Source of the DNA: an uncultured Chloroflexia bacterium
GTDB lineage: Bacteria; Chloroflexota; Anaerolineae; JAAYZQ01
Direction of reading: 5' to 3'
NCBI GenBank assembly: GCA_963700285.1
Contig: CAVOXA010000015.1
Span: 105,342 to 169,341 of the forward strand
Length of the DNA stretch: 64,000 bases
Shown: piece by piece, positions 10,604 through 20,025 of the stretch
Layout: each line of letters starts with the position of its first letter
Numbering within the stretch: the stretch's first letter is position 1
Translations under genes and position numbers: made by a program
The notes under the pieces: model-generated
What the model saw: the letters and a program-made list of their open reading frames with translations, nothing else
Database searches by the model: none
What the model was told of the DNA's origin: nothing

Positions 10604-11620
10604 ATGGAGCTACCTAGCCCAACCATAGAAGAGTACCGTCGCCTCTATGAGGCGGCCAACGCCTTCAAACAGGAAGCCCCCTGGACGTGGATGACCGAAG
10701 ATCAGCTCTTTGCCATCCGCAACCCCGAGACAGGGCAGATTGGCTACGCCAGTGTCATGGGCATGCTGGGAGAACATCTGGCCTTGGCCCTATACCTGGG
10801 TTCGGTGGCGCTGGACGGTTTCTGGCGCATGCAGTACGGCGCATTCAGAGAAAACCCCATTCTGCCCCTGGAGATTCCTCAATTGCAGGCATCCTTTGAG
10901 GATCGAAATACCCTGAATCCCAAGGACCGGGAGGTGATCAAGAGCCTGGGACTCAGCTTCCGTGGAAAACTGGAATGGCCCATGTTCCGTAGCTATGTCC
11001 CAGGCTGCGCGCCCTGGTTCGTCACACCGGAGGAAACCCGCTTCCTAACCGTGGCGCTCGAGCAGGCGTTGAACGTATCTCTCCGGCTCAGGGAGGATCC
11101 TGAATTGCTGGAAGCGCCTGACGAGGAGGAGTACCTGGTACGTCTGCAGACAAAGCAGGGCTGGGCAGATGCATGGTTGCTCCCAGAACCGATCCCAGCA
11201 CGTCCACCACAATCCGTAGATTCCCAGCGACTGGCAGCCATGCGCCGGGATTTCCCCCGCCGGAGGTTCACGTTGCAGGCGGACCTGTTCGCCCTACGCA
11301 GCCAGATCAAGGAGAAGGAGGATCCCCGACCCTACCTGCCCTACATTCTGCTCGTCGTAGAAGCTAACTCGGGCATGGTCCTGGGAACCGATCTCATGAT
11401 TGCCAAGCCATCCCTTGATGCGGTGTGGGCCCAGACGCAGTCAGGCTTCCTGGAGACGGTCGCCCGCCTGGAGAACATACCCAGCCGGATTGCCGTACGT
11501 GACCAACGCCTCTACAATCTCTTGACGCCCATCGCGCGCGGCCTGGGAATCCGGCTACGTGTGTCCCGGCGCCTGCCTGCCTTGGACGAGGCCCGGGCCG
11601 CCATCGAAGTCAGAGTGTAG
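10604..11620 (+). CDS. hypothetical protein (conserved-looking, unknown function)
   Basis: ORF 10517..11620. ATG 10604 follows GAGGAG. The N-terminal EEYRRLYEAANAFKQEAPWTWMTEDQLFAIRNPETGQIGYASVMGMLGEHLALALYLG resembles uncharacterised DUF-type proteins I recall from cyanobacteria and Chloroflexi. Confidence 0.5.
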   Translation: MELPSPTIEEYRRLYEAANAFKQEAPWTWMTEDQLFAIRNPETGQIGYASVMGMLGEHLALALYLGSVALDGFWRMQYGAFRENPILPLEIPQLQASFEDRNTLNPKDREVIKSLGLSFRGKLEWPMFRSYVPGCAPWFVTPEETRFLTVALEQALNVSLRLREDPELLEAPDEEEYLVRLQTKQGWADAWLLPEPIPARPPQSVDSQRLAAMRRDFPRRRFTLQADLFALRSQIKEKEDPRPYLPYILLVVEANSGMVLGTDLMIAKPSLDAVWAQTQSGFLETVARLENIPSRIAVRDQRLYNLLTPIARGLGIRLRVSRRLPALDEARAAIEVRV

Positions 11621-11645
11621 CAGGGGTTTATTCAGAGGATCTACG

Positions 11646-12308
11646 ATGGCCAAGAAATCGATGAAAAAACGTCTGAAAGCGCGCCAACGCAAGCTTGAAC
11701 AGCGCAGGCGCAAGCGAGCCCAGGCCCATTCGCGGGAGGCAAGCCCCACTGCTCGGCCGACCAGACTCCGCGCCCAACTCCAGGAGGCCGGCCAATGGCC
11801 CCTTGAAGACTGTTTGCTGACCCAGGGCTGGCAACAGCCGGGGGAGATCATCCAGATCCTGATTGCCCGCCGCTCGCCTTGGGGCCAGATTGCTGCAGGA
11901 GTGTTTCTGGTGGATCTGGGTTGTTTGGGGGTTAAAAACGCCTTCGCAAGCATGTTCGACTCACGCAGCGGATACAGAAAACTGCGCAACCACATACGTC
12001 GAGATCAAACCCTGGTCACAGCTGACCCGGATCTGGTGGCCAAGATCGTCCGCGAAGGGCTGGTCTATGCACGAAGGCTTGGCTTTGAACCAAATCCTGA
12101 TTACCGGGAGGCAATGTTGGTGCTGGGCGACGCCAATGCCGACGCCTGCGATCTGCCCATTCCGCTGGGCAAAGACGGCAAGCCTTTCTTCATCTCTGGG
12201 CCTTATGACAACATCCCACTGATCATGTCCAAACTCGAGAAGGCGGTGGGATCTGGAGGCTTCTACTACATGCTGGGGTTTGAAGAGCAGGATGGAGTAT
12301 TCGGCTAA
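11646..12308 (+). CDS. hypothetical protein with a strongly basic N-terminus
   Basis: ORF 11559..12308. ATG 11646 follows AGAGGA. MAKKSMKKRLKARQRKLEQRRRKRAQ is followed by a globular part containing FLVDLGCLGVKNAF. Confidence 0.5.
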   Translation: MAKKSMKKRLKARQRKLEQRRRKRAQAHSREASPTARPTRLRAQLQEAGQWPLEDCLLTQGWQQPGEIIQILIARRSPWGQIAAGVFLVDLGCLGVKNAFASMFDSRSGYRKLRNHIRRDQTLVTADPDLVAKIVREGLVYARRLGFEPNPDYREAMLVLGDANADACDLPIPLGKDGKPFFISGPYDNIPLIMSKLEKAVGSGGFYYMLGFEEQDGVFG

Positions 12309-12443
12309 ACAGTAGTCCCTCAAAGATCCCGAACACTAGGTCCGCTCAGGAGCAAAGCTAGGCGATTAGGGTCAGCAAGGCACATCCCCCTCCAAACCTC
12401 GAGTTTGAAGAAGGCTTGATCTGCGTTCCAGCCAGGTAGCCTA

Positions 12444-13646
12444 TCAGGGCAACTGCAGTACTTCCTCCAGTTGCTCCAGTGCCCAGTCGATCTCCTCCTT
12501 GGTAATGACCAGCGGAGGAGCCAAGCGGATTACGTTCCAGTGGGTCTCTTTGCACAGCAGGCCCCGCTCCATCAGGGCAATGCAGAAGCGCCGCGCCCCG
12601 CCAGCCTCTGGATTGAGCACAATGCCGACCCACAGCCCTTTGCCCCGGATCTGCTTGATGTGCGGACTCTCGATCTCGCACAGCCTGCCCAACATGTACG
12701 ATCCCAGTTCGGCCGAGCGCCCGATGAGGTCTTCCTCCACCAGAACCTTGAGCGCCTCTCGGGCCACGGCGCAGGCCAGAGGATTACCGCCATAGGTTGA
12801 ACCGTGGTCGCCCGGTTGGAAGACGCACATTACTTCTCTGCTGGCCAGTACAGCCGAAACGGGGTACATGCCCCCCGACAGCGCCTTGCCAATGGTGACC
12901 ATGTCGGCGCGAACGCCTTCGTGATCGGCAGCGAACAGCTTGCCGGTACGGCCCAAACCGCTCTGGATTTCGTCGGTGACAAGCAGGACCTCGTGCCGGT
13001 CGCAGATCTCCCGAACTTGCCGAAGATAGCCCTCCGGCGGAACGACGACACCACCCTCGCCCTGGATCGGCTCTACCAAGAAAGCCGCGGTGTTGGGGGT
13101 GATCGCGGCCTCCAGTGCAGCCGCGTCACCAAAGGGGATCAGTTCAAAGCCCGGGGTGAAGGGCCCAAAGCCGTCGCGGTACTGTTCTTCCGGCGAAAAG
13201 CTGATGATCGTGATGGTCCGCCCGTGAAAGTTGCCGTGACAGGTGAGGATGTGCGCTCGATCGTCCTTGACACCCTTGACCTCGTAGCCCCACTTGCGGG
13301 CCGCCTTGATGGCCGTCTCGACCGCCTCCGCTCCCGAGTTCATGGGCAGCATCATCTCGTAGCCGGTCAGCTCGCAGAGTTCCCTGGCCAGGAGCGGCAA
13401 CTGGTCGTTGCGAAAGGCACGGCTGGTGAGCGTCAGGCGAGCGGCTTGCTCCACCATCGCCTTGACCAGGCGCGGGTGGCAGTGGCCCTGATTTACAGCC
13501 GAGTAGGCGGCCAAGAAATCCAGGTAGCGCTTGCCTTCGACATCTTCGACCCACACCCCGCTGCCACGGGTCAGCACCACATCCAGGGGCTGGTAGTTTT
13601 GCGCGTTGTACTGTTCCTCGATGGCGATGTACTCTCGTGTATCCAT
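12444..13646 (-). CDS. rocD: ornithine aminotransferase (class-III PLP aminotransferase)
   Basis: [25 protein letters not shown]..., [16 protein letters not shown], and the PLP-lysine context [10 protein letters not shown]. Start taken at ATG 13646. Confidence 0.85.
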   Translation of the reverse strand: MDTREYIAIEEQYNAQNYQPLDVVLTRGSGVWVEDVEGKRYLDFLAAYSAVNQGHCHPRLVKAMVEQAARLTLTSRAFRNDQLPLLARELCELTGYEMMLPMNSGAEAVETAIKAARKWGYEVKGVKDDRAHILTCHGNFHGRTITIISFSPEEQYRDGFGPFTPGFELIPFGDAAALEAAITPNTAAFLVEPIQGEGGVVVPPEGYLRQVREICDRHEVLLVTDEIQSGLGRTGKLFAADHEGVRADMVTIGKALSGGMYPVSAVLASREVMCVFQPGDHGSTYGGNPLACAVAREALKVLVEEDLIGRSAELGSYMLGRLCEIESPHIKQIRGKGLWVGIVLNPEAGGARRFCIALMERGLLCKETHWNVIRLAPPLVITKEEIDWALEQLEEVLQLP

Positions 13647-13751
13647 GGCCCGCCCCAAACAGCGTTGCGTGAAAGGCAATGCGTGAGGGCAAATTCCACA
13701 CCTCACGCATTGCCCTCCACATTCAGGATTCGTATCTCAACCGTTGCCGCT

Positions 13752-15084
13752 CTACGACTCGATGACCTCTACCTTCTCGGTCAGGCCGATGCCCAGCCTG
13801 GCCAGTTCAGCCAGCACCGGTTCATAGATCTCGGGGATCACGGGTACGTGTACACCGGTCAAGTCCCGGGAACTCGCCGTGCAGGATCATTCGGACGGCG
13901 ATGGCCGCCGGCAGGCCCACGGTGCGCGCCATCGAAGTGTCGCCGTTGGGGATGCCATAGTCGATCATGGTGGCCGTGATGGCCTCTTTGCGATCCGGAT
14001 ACTCGGCCACGAACTCGTGCTGCATGACGATCAGTCACGCTCGCCCGGCTTGTAGGCCAGTCTTGGCCTCCATCCGCGCCGCCAGGACGTCGAGACGGGT
14101 ATTCTTGCCCTCCGGCAGCGGCTCATCGGAGAAGAGGCCCAGCCAGTCCAGGTCGGTGATCGGTTTGGAATCGTCGCACATGCCCCACTGCTCGGCCAGG
14201 TACTGGGGGAAATCGGTGTCAGGGCTGACATCCAGCAGGCGGGCCGTGAGTTCGCGGAAGGTCGCCGGTGGCTCAGCAAAAGGGCTATCGTCCAGGAAAC
14301 CCATCTCGGCAATCTTTTTCAGTGTGGCGCACCAGCCCACGTTGCGCAGCGTGCCCCGGAACATCCAGTCGGTGGGCTGGATGCCGTAGATCTCCGGCAT
14401 AGGGCATGCTGTCGCGGTTGGGATAACCCTCAAACTCGCCCAGGCCTTCAATGTACACTGGCCAGTAGTGGTCGAACAGTTCCTCGCCGGGTATCTCGAC
14501 GACTTGGCCATTCCTTTGGAAGCGGGCCGGATTCTTGCCCGCCAGCAGCACACCCTCGCGGGCTCCAGGAGAACTTGTAGCCAAAGGGATTGTCGCTGGC
14601 TTCTGGGGCCGGGCAGACCTCCAGTCCAGGACACAAAGCTGACGATCTTGCCGCCCTTGCCCTCCACTTCGTGGATGACCTTCATGGCCGACATGTGGTC
14701 GATGCCGGGATCCACGCCGATCTCGTTCAGCAGGATGACGCCCGCCTCCTTGGCCGGGCCATCCAGGGCAAGCATCTCATCCTTGACGTAGGAGGTGGTC
14801 ACCATGTGTTTCCCGTGCTTCACACACAGGGCGGCGACCTTGGGATGGTAGACGTAGGGCAGCATGCTGACCGCCAGGTCGCTTTGGCGGATCAGGTCTT
14901 CCATCGCTGCCTCGTCTGTCACGTCGAGGGCAATGGCCCTACCCCGGGGATGGCCATCGATCAGCGCTTCCGCCTTGCTCACCGTGCGGCTGGCCACGGT
15001 CACTTCAAAGTCCGGCACGTCCAACAGGTAGCGGACGTGTGGCCTGGTCACCAGGCCGGCTCCGAGTACGAGAACTTTTTTCAT
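13752..15084 (-). pseudogene. saccharopine dehydrogenase (LYS9 / AASS-SDH-like), interrupted by at least 4 frameshifts
   Basis: The N-terminus MKKVLVLGAGLVTRPHVRYLL (Rossmann) is intact. The homologous sequence then continues across ORFs 14035..15084, 14448..14636, 14285..14584 and 13822..14025 in different frames. A final frame ends ...LTEKVEVIES with TAG at 13752. Confidence 0.75.
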
Positions 15085-15177
15085 TGGTCTAGTCCCTCCA
15101 CAGTCTCAGATCTGCTCTTTGTCCATTGGCAACACGCAACATGAATCACAAGTACGCAGTCACTATTGCGCTGTCAG

Positions 15178-16494
15178 CTAGTCCAGAAACTCCTGGATGT
15201 ACTGGTAGTCCGGCGTCAATTGGCCTCGGTAGGCAATGACCGCCCGCTTGATCTCCGGCGGCAGGTCGCAGTCCTCAAAGGATGCAGAAAAGTCACATCT
15301 GGGCCATGGCCGGGATAAAGGGCGCAAGAACGTGGCTAAAGTCGGCGGATGCTTCGCGGGGCAGTTCGCTGGGCAGGATCTCCACGGCCATGATGACGAC
15401 GCCCGGTCCCTCGTGACCGTCAGTCACCGCGCCGGTCAGCGGGTTCGTAGACGTAGATCGGGTCGCCCGGCTCGGTCGCTTTGACCGTACATTCGATGGC
15501 CCCCTCCACGTCACAACTGATGTCGCCGATGACGCGCAGACCGGGGCTTGGCCTCGGCCGCCAAACAGCGTCTTGAGATAGGCTTTGGTCACCAGGCGCG
15601 GATAGGCATCGGTCCAAAAGATGGCGTTGACCAGCACGGTCAGGTGTGGCACGTACTGCTCAAAGACTCCTCTGTACTTCTCCGGGTGATCATAGTAGTC
15701 CTGCAGCTCAAAGACGCCATCCGGCGACGCTGGCTCTACCATGTGCCATTCTTTGAACACCGCCTTGTAGAGGTGATGCCGGGAATAGTCGGTACTCGCT
15801 GCGACGGTGGCCACTTCCTCTGGCTCGATCTCGATGACGGGCAGCAGATCGAGCATTTCTTGGGCGCCTCGCGAGACGTTGCCATAGCCAGCCACGCCGA
15901 CGATGAGTGGCGTGACCTGTTCGGGCAGGCCCTCGGTCTCGATCCTGGCTCGCACCTGCGCCAGGGCCTGCTTTGGCCTCGGCCAGGTCGTGGTAGGTGT
16001 GGGTCTGGCGCAGTTCGACGAAGGGGTTGGCGATGCCTTCCCAGGCCAGTCGCTGGCCCAATGCCCACAGGGTGTCGATCATGCCCGCCACGCCGGCGTG
16101 CCAGCCAAAGAAGATGAGCCGGCGGTTCTTCTCGTCAACCACCCGCTCATAGTCGATCAACGTACAGCCCAGGTCGAGCATCCGCCGCAGCATGGGCATG
16201 TTGTAGGGCTGTCCCTTGATGACGTGGGCGAAAAAGACATAGGTCTTGTCTGGCTCAAAGGACCCCTTCGGGATCTCTTTGATGCCAAGGATGATGGGGC
16301 AGGAGACAGATCCTCTTGGACGGGGATGCCCGCTTCGGCGAACTCGGCTCGGTAAAGGCCCGCATGGGTGACGTCTGGGCTATCACCTGAATGCCGTGCT
16401 CCCGTTGAAGCTTGACGGCATCCTGGGGGGTAATGGGCACCCGCCGCTCCCATTCACTCTTGTCTTCGCGACGAAGTCCGATCATTGCGGTCAT
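15178..16494 (-). pseudogene. lysine-2-oxoglutarate reductase (AASS-LKR / AlaDH-like domain), interrupted by at least 4 frameshifts
   Basis: IGLRREDKSEWERRVPITP, LIDYERVVDEKNRRLIFFGWHAGVAGMIDTLWALG, GYGNVSRGAQEM, ISCDVEGAIECT and EIKRAVIAYRGQLTPDYQYIQEFLD are spread over ORFs 16255..16494, 16157..16453, 15708..16199, 15293..15955 and a further frame ending at TAG 15178. Confidence 0.7.
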
Positions 16495-16572
16495 GGTGCT
16501 ACCCTCCTATACGCGTGTTCATGCTAGTACCGAAGGTCAGGGCAGGGGCTTTGGTGAACTCTGGTAGAGACC

Positions 16573-16599
16573 AGAAAAGCCGGTGCCTCAGGCACCGGC
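16573..16599 (-). terminator. intrinsic terminator-like hairpin inside the 5' leader of the LKR gene
   Basis: Minus strand reads GCCGGTGCC-TGA-GGCACCGGC followed by TTTTCT. It lies between a promoter (16661..16689) and the LKR start codon (16494). Confidence 0.5.
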
Positions 16600-16660
16600 C
16601 AAAGTCAGCCGCTCGGGGTTTGCGCCCAGAGTTGCACCCGGCCACCTTGCCGATGCCCCC

Positions 16661-16689
16661 AGTATACGCACAAGGCGATGCTTTGTCAA
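16661..16689 (-). promoter_or_regulatory. sigma70-type promoter (TTGACA-17-TATACT) driving the LKR/SDH leader
   Basis: Minus strand reads TTGACA (16689..16684), a 17-nt spacer, then TATACT (16666..16661). Confidence 0.5.
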
Positions 16690-16776
16690 GTACAGGCACA
16701 GATGGTGTGAGCCTGTAGGAGCGTTGTCATCGATTGGCGTGTCCCTGCTGTTCCGCCTTCAGCGTGCAGGCTCAAT

Positions 16777-16805
16777 TTGACAGGGTTGAGCCGTAGTGCT
16801 ATAAT
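16777..16805 (+). promoter_or_regulatory. consensus sigma70 promoter (TTGACA-17-TATAAT) for the CoA-binding protein gene
   Basis: TTGACA at 16777..16782, a 17-nt spacer, TATAAT at 16800..16805. This is ~55 nt upstream of GTG 16861, which follows AGGAGG. Confidence 0.55.
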
Positions 16806-16860
16806 CGCTCTCGATGTACCCCTGGGGGGTATGAGCGTCTTCTGATCAGGAGGAGATCAC

Positions 16861-17268
16861 GTGGATAGAAGTGAACAGGAAAGGCTCATTTCCGATTTCG
16901 TCGACCGCCGTGTGTGGGCCATAGTGGGCGCCAGCCAAGACCAGCGCAAGTATGGAAACCGTGTCTATCGCTCGATGCGCGATGCAGGGTACACGGTCTA
17001 TCCGGTGAATCCCAGGGGCGGCGAACTGGAAGGAGCCAGAGTCTATCCTTCTCTGGCCGACTTGCCCCAAGCGCCGGAAGTAATCGATCTGGTCGTACCC
17101 CCATCCGTCACCGAAAAGGTGGTCAAGGAAGCGCACGAACTGGGGCTCACCCGCATTTGGATGCAGCCAGGCGCCGAATCGGAGACGGCTATAGCGTATT
17201 GCCGGGAACATGCAATGGAAGTGATCTATGACGCCTGCGCCATGGTTCACAAACGACAGTGGAACTAG
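16861..17268 (+). CDS. CoA-binding domain protein (YccU/YneT-like)
   Basis: 135 aa. VWAIVGASQDQRKYGNRVYRSMRDAGYTVYPVNP, ...IDLVVPPSVT and ...IWMQPGAE are typical of the CoA_binding_2 family. Confidence 0.8.
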   Translation: MDRSEQERLISDFVDRRVWAIVGASQDQRKYGNRVYRSMRDAGYTVYPVNPRGGELEGARVYPSLADLPQAPEVIDLVVPPSVTEKVVKEAHELGLTRIWMQPGAESETAIAYCREHAMEVIYDACAMVHKRQWN

Positions 17269-17291
17269 ACACTCGGTACGAGGAGAATACC

Positions 17292-17624
17292 ATGGAAGAA
17301 AAGACGGTGGCACAAGTCCAGGTAACAGTATTTGGCAACCGGCTCCTGGAGAGCTGCGCGCCAGGTGGTTGAGGGCCGATCAGGTCTTCGGCGGAGACCA
17401 CGTACATCACTGAGTACTATTTGCAGATGCGGCATGGACAGGCCGTTCAGGTGGAATATGTGGACCTGGCGGATCCAGAAAGCCAGGCAGAATACTCTGA
17501 TCTGCTTGACCTGGTCAAGGATCAAAGCCTGCCCTATCCCCTGGTTGCCATCAATGGGGAGCTAAGGCTGGCTGGATCGGCTCACTATTTTCGGGTGCTA
17601 CCGCTCGTGGAAGAAGCTCCTTGA
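17292..17624 (+). CDS. YuzD/DUF1462-like thioredoxin-fold protein with an in-frame TGA at 17370..17372
   Basis: ATG 17292 follows GAGGAG. It reads MEEKTVAQVQVTVFGNRLLESCAPGG-TGA-GPIRSSAETTYITEYYLQMRHG..., in the same frame as listed ORF 17421..17624. By eye it aligns to B. subtilis YuzD (VYGAENVCASCVN...YPLV). Confidence 0.5.
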
Positions 17625-17735
17625 GGTACAGGCCGAGGGGGCCGTGGGGTGATCCCTGGATTCCGTGCTTGTCGTTCGCACTGATATGCCGACACTCCTG
17701 AGCGACCGTTGTCGCCAAACAGTAGTCTCACTGAA

Positions 17736-17764
17736 GGGGGAGATTGACAAGTCTCCCCCTTTTT
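17736..17764 (+). terminator. intrinsic terminator
   Basis: GGGGGAGA-ttgacaag-TCTCCCCC followed by TTTTT. The loop doubles as the -35 (TTGACA) of a TTGACA-17-TACACT promoter for the sigma factor gene. Confidence 0.6.
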
Positions 17765-17842
17765 GTTACACTCCTACCGTGCCGGGTGCCTGCGACCTGA
17801 CGAAACCTTTTGACCTACACCGCATCTAAAGGAGAAAGCACC

Positions 17843-18461
17843 GTGTTGGGTGTCGCATTTGCTAGCGAGGCCGAACTGCTGGAGGGCCTGCGGGCCGGTG
17901 AGCCCGCAGCCTACCGGCAGTTGGTGGAATCCAACTCAGCCAACGTCTACAACGTGGCCCTCAAGCTCCTGGGCGACGAGCAGGAAGCTGAGGATGTGCT
18001 GCAAGAGACCTTTTTGAACGCCTTTCGAGGCCATCGACCGTTTTGAGGGCCGGTCTCAGCTCTCCACCTGGCTGTATCGAATTGCCTACAACGCCAGTCT
18101 GATGCGCCTGCGAAAACGGGAGGGAATGACGGCCTTTTCCCTGGACGAGCCTCTGGGGGATACTGGCGAGGAGCGAGTCTCGCGCCCTCTGGTAGACTGG
18201 TCCACGATGCCGGACGACCAACTGCTATCCACCGAAGCCCGCCAGATGATGGATCAGGCCATTGCTGAACTGCCGGAGACGCTGCGCTCTACCTTTGTCC
18301 TGCGTGACATCCAGGGCCTGTCGGGCGCAGAGACCGCCGAGGTTTTGGGTATCAGCGTCCAGGCGGTCAAGAACCGGCTGCATCGGGCGCGACTGCGACT
18401 TCGCGAGAGGTTGTCAGACTATTTTGCCGAGCGCGTCAAGGGTCTGCGGGCCACAACGTAG
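17843..18461 (+). CDS. ECF (sigma-70 family) sigma factor, one frame disruption near 18030
   Basis: GTG 17843 follows AAAGGAG. Region 2 ([32 protein letters not shown]) is split between ORFs 17810..18046 and 18102..18461 by one extra G in cgaGGcc. Region 4 (LSGAETAEVLGISVQAVKNRLHRAR) is intact. Confidence 0.8.
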
Positions 18462-18474
18462 GGAGGAGACATCT

Positions 18475-18720
18475 GTGCCAATTGAACATGACCACACCAG
18501 CTGTCGTGAGTTGTTGGGCCAGTTCTCCGACTATATCGACGGCGATCTGGAAGTTGCGCTGTGCGCCGAGATAGAGGCCCATCTAACCGGATGTCCCGAC
18601 TGCCAGGTGATGATAGACACCATGCGCAAAACCATTACGTTGTACCATAGCCAAGCCGAAGCCGAACTGCCGTCCGACGTAGAAGAACGCCTATACAAGG
18701 TCCTCAACCTCGAGAAATAG
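18475..18720 (+). CDS. zinc-binding anti-sigma factor (ZAS family, cytoplasmic, RsrA-like)
   Basis: GTG 18475 follows GGGAGGAG, 13 nt after the sigma stop. HxxxCxxC motif in EAHLTGCPDC plus an upstream Cys (HTSC). 81 aa with no TM segment. Confidence 0.75.
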   Translation: MPIEHDHTSCRELLGQFSDYIDGDLEVALCAEIEAHLTGCPDCQVMIDTMRKTITLYHSQAEAELPSDVEERLYKVLNLEK

Positions 18721-18930
18721 CGCCCATCGCCCTACCTGCCTCATCTCACAACAGGCATTCACTGCGCCACCGAAAGCTCAACAGTAACTGTCCTGGCCAT
18801 CAGATCAGGGCAACGTTTTGATGGTAGGAATCTGTGTCAATTCCTGAAACTTTTGGCTACTTTCTGCATCCAAACAGACAACAAGGGAAAAAAGTCTCCC
18901 ACTAGTTTTCAAGACACAGGAGGTTAGAAA

Positions 18931-19593
18931 ATGGCATTGATTTCCCCGCAGGATGCTGAGCACTTGCGAAACGAGTTTGAGGCTCAATTGGTTAACCCGG
19001 TAAAGCTGGTCATGTTTACCCAGACCATCGAATGCCAGTTCTGCGCCGAGACGCGCCAGATTGCCGAAGAGATTGCCGACTTGTCCGACAATATTACGCT
19101 CGAGGTCTACAATTTCGTCACGGACAAGGCCACGGCCGATCTGTACGAGATAGACAAGATCCCGGCCATTGCCATTCTCCGTTCAGAGGATGGACAGGAC
19201 AGAGACTATGGGGTCCGGTTCTATGGCATCCCCTCAGGTTACGAGTTCACTAGCATCATTGAGGGTATTGTTGACGTCTCCAAGGGCGAGTCGGGTCTCC
19301 AGCCCAGGACCAAAGAGGTTTTGGCCGCGCTGACCCAGCCCGTGCATTTTCAGGTTTTCATCACGCCTACCTGCCCCTACTGCACCCAGGCAGTCCGGCT
19401 GGCGCACAAGTTTGCCATCGAGAGCGACCTGATCCGGGGGGACATGGTCGAAGCCATCGAGTTCCCACACCTATCCAACAAGTACGGCGTCTATGGCGTA
19501 CCACGCACGGTGATCAACGAGACGATCCACCAGGAGGGGGCAGTACCTGAACCGATGATCTTGGCCAAGATGCTGGAGGCGGTTCAGAATTAG
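18931..19593 (+). CDS. protein disulfide oxidoreductase (PfPDO / glutaredoxin-like, two thioredoxin units)
   Basis: 220 aa with two CxxC sites (CQFC and CPYC) spaced as in Pyrococcus PDO. FITPTCPYCTQAVRLAHKFA is present. Confidence 0.8.
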   Translation: MALISPQDAEHLRNEFEAQLVNPVKLVMFTQTIECQFCAETRQIAEEIADLSDNITLEVYNFVTDKATADLYEIDKIPAIAILRSEDGQDRDYGVRFYGIPSGYEFTSIIEGIVDVSKGESGLQPRTKEVLAALTQPVHFQVFITPTCPYCTQAVRLAHKFAIESDLIRGDMVEAIEFPHLSNKYGVYGVPRTVINETIHQEGAVPEPMILAKMLEAVQN

Positions 19594-19626
19594 CAGTCGC
19601 ACCGAGGGCCTCGCTGGCAGGTAAGT

Positions 19627-19956
19627 GTGAGCGACACAAAGGTTACCTGGGCAGATGGAATGCAGTTCATGGCTGAATCAGCCGGCCATTCTATTGTCGT
19701 GGATGGGCCGCCAGGCCTTGGCCGCGATACTGGTATGCCGCCCATGAGCCTTCTTCTTCAAGGAGCAGCAGGCAGTTCGGCAATGGACCCCGAAGGCACA
19801 TAGATCCAGGAAGGCCAGGCTCAGACCGTCGCAGCCGGGCAAGACGAGAGAGCAGACCTCAGCGGTCAGGTGACCCACCTGACCGCTGTCTATTGGACTG
19901 TCACGTCTCGCCGCATAGAGATGCACCTACCGAGCAAGCTGCTCCGACGAGCCTAG
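19627..19956 (+). pseudogene. OsmC-family peroxiredoxin-like remnant (in-frame TAG, probable frameshifts)
   Basis: VSDTKVTWADGMQFMAESAGHSIVVDGPPGLGRDTGMPPMSLLLQGAAG.. is OsmC-like. There is an in-frame TAG at 19801, and the later part (VTHLTAVYWTV) is only weakly conserved. Confidence 0.45.
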
Positions 19957-20025
19957 CCTTGCAAGTACCTTGGCTGCCAATTGACGCTTTCGGCTTTCTG
20001 TTGTATCCTTGATGGCGAGGGGAGC

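Noticed and set aside
18800-18860. SigR-type (GGAAT-N18-GTT) ECF promoter upstream of the PDO gene
   Set aside because: GGAAT is present, but no GTT or CGT -10 element occurs at the required spacing. Only the AGGAAT/ATTCCT palindrome is solid.
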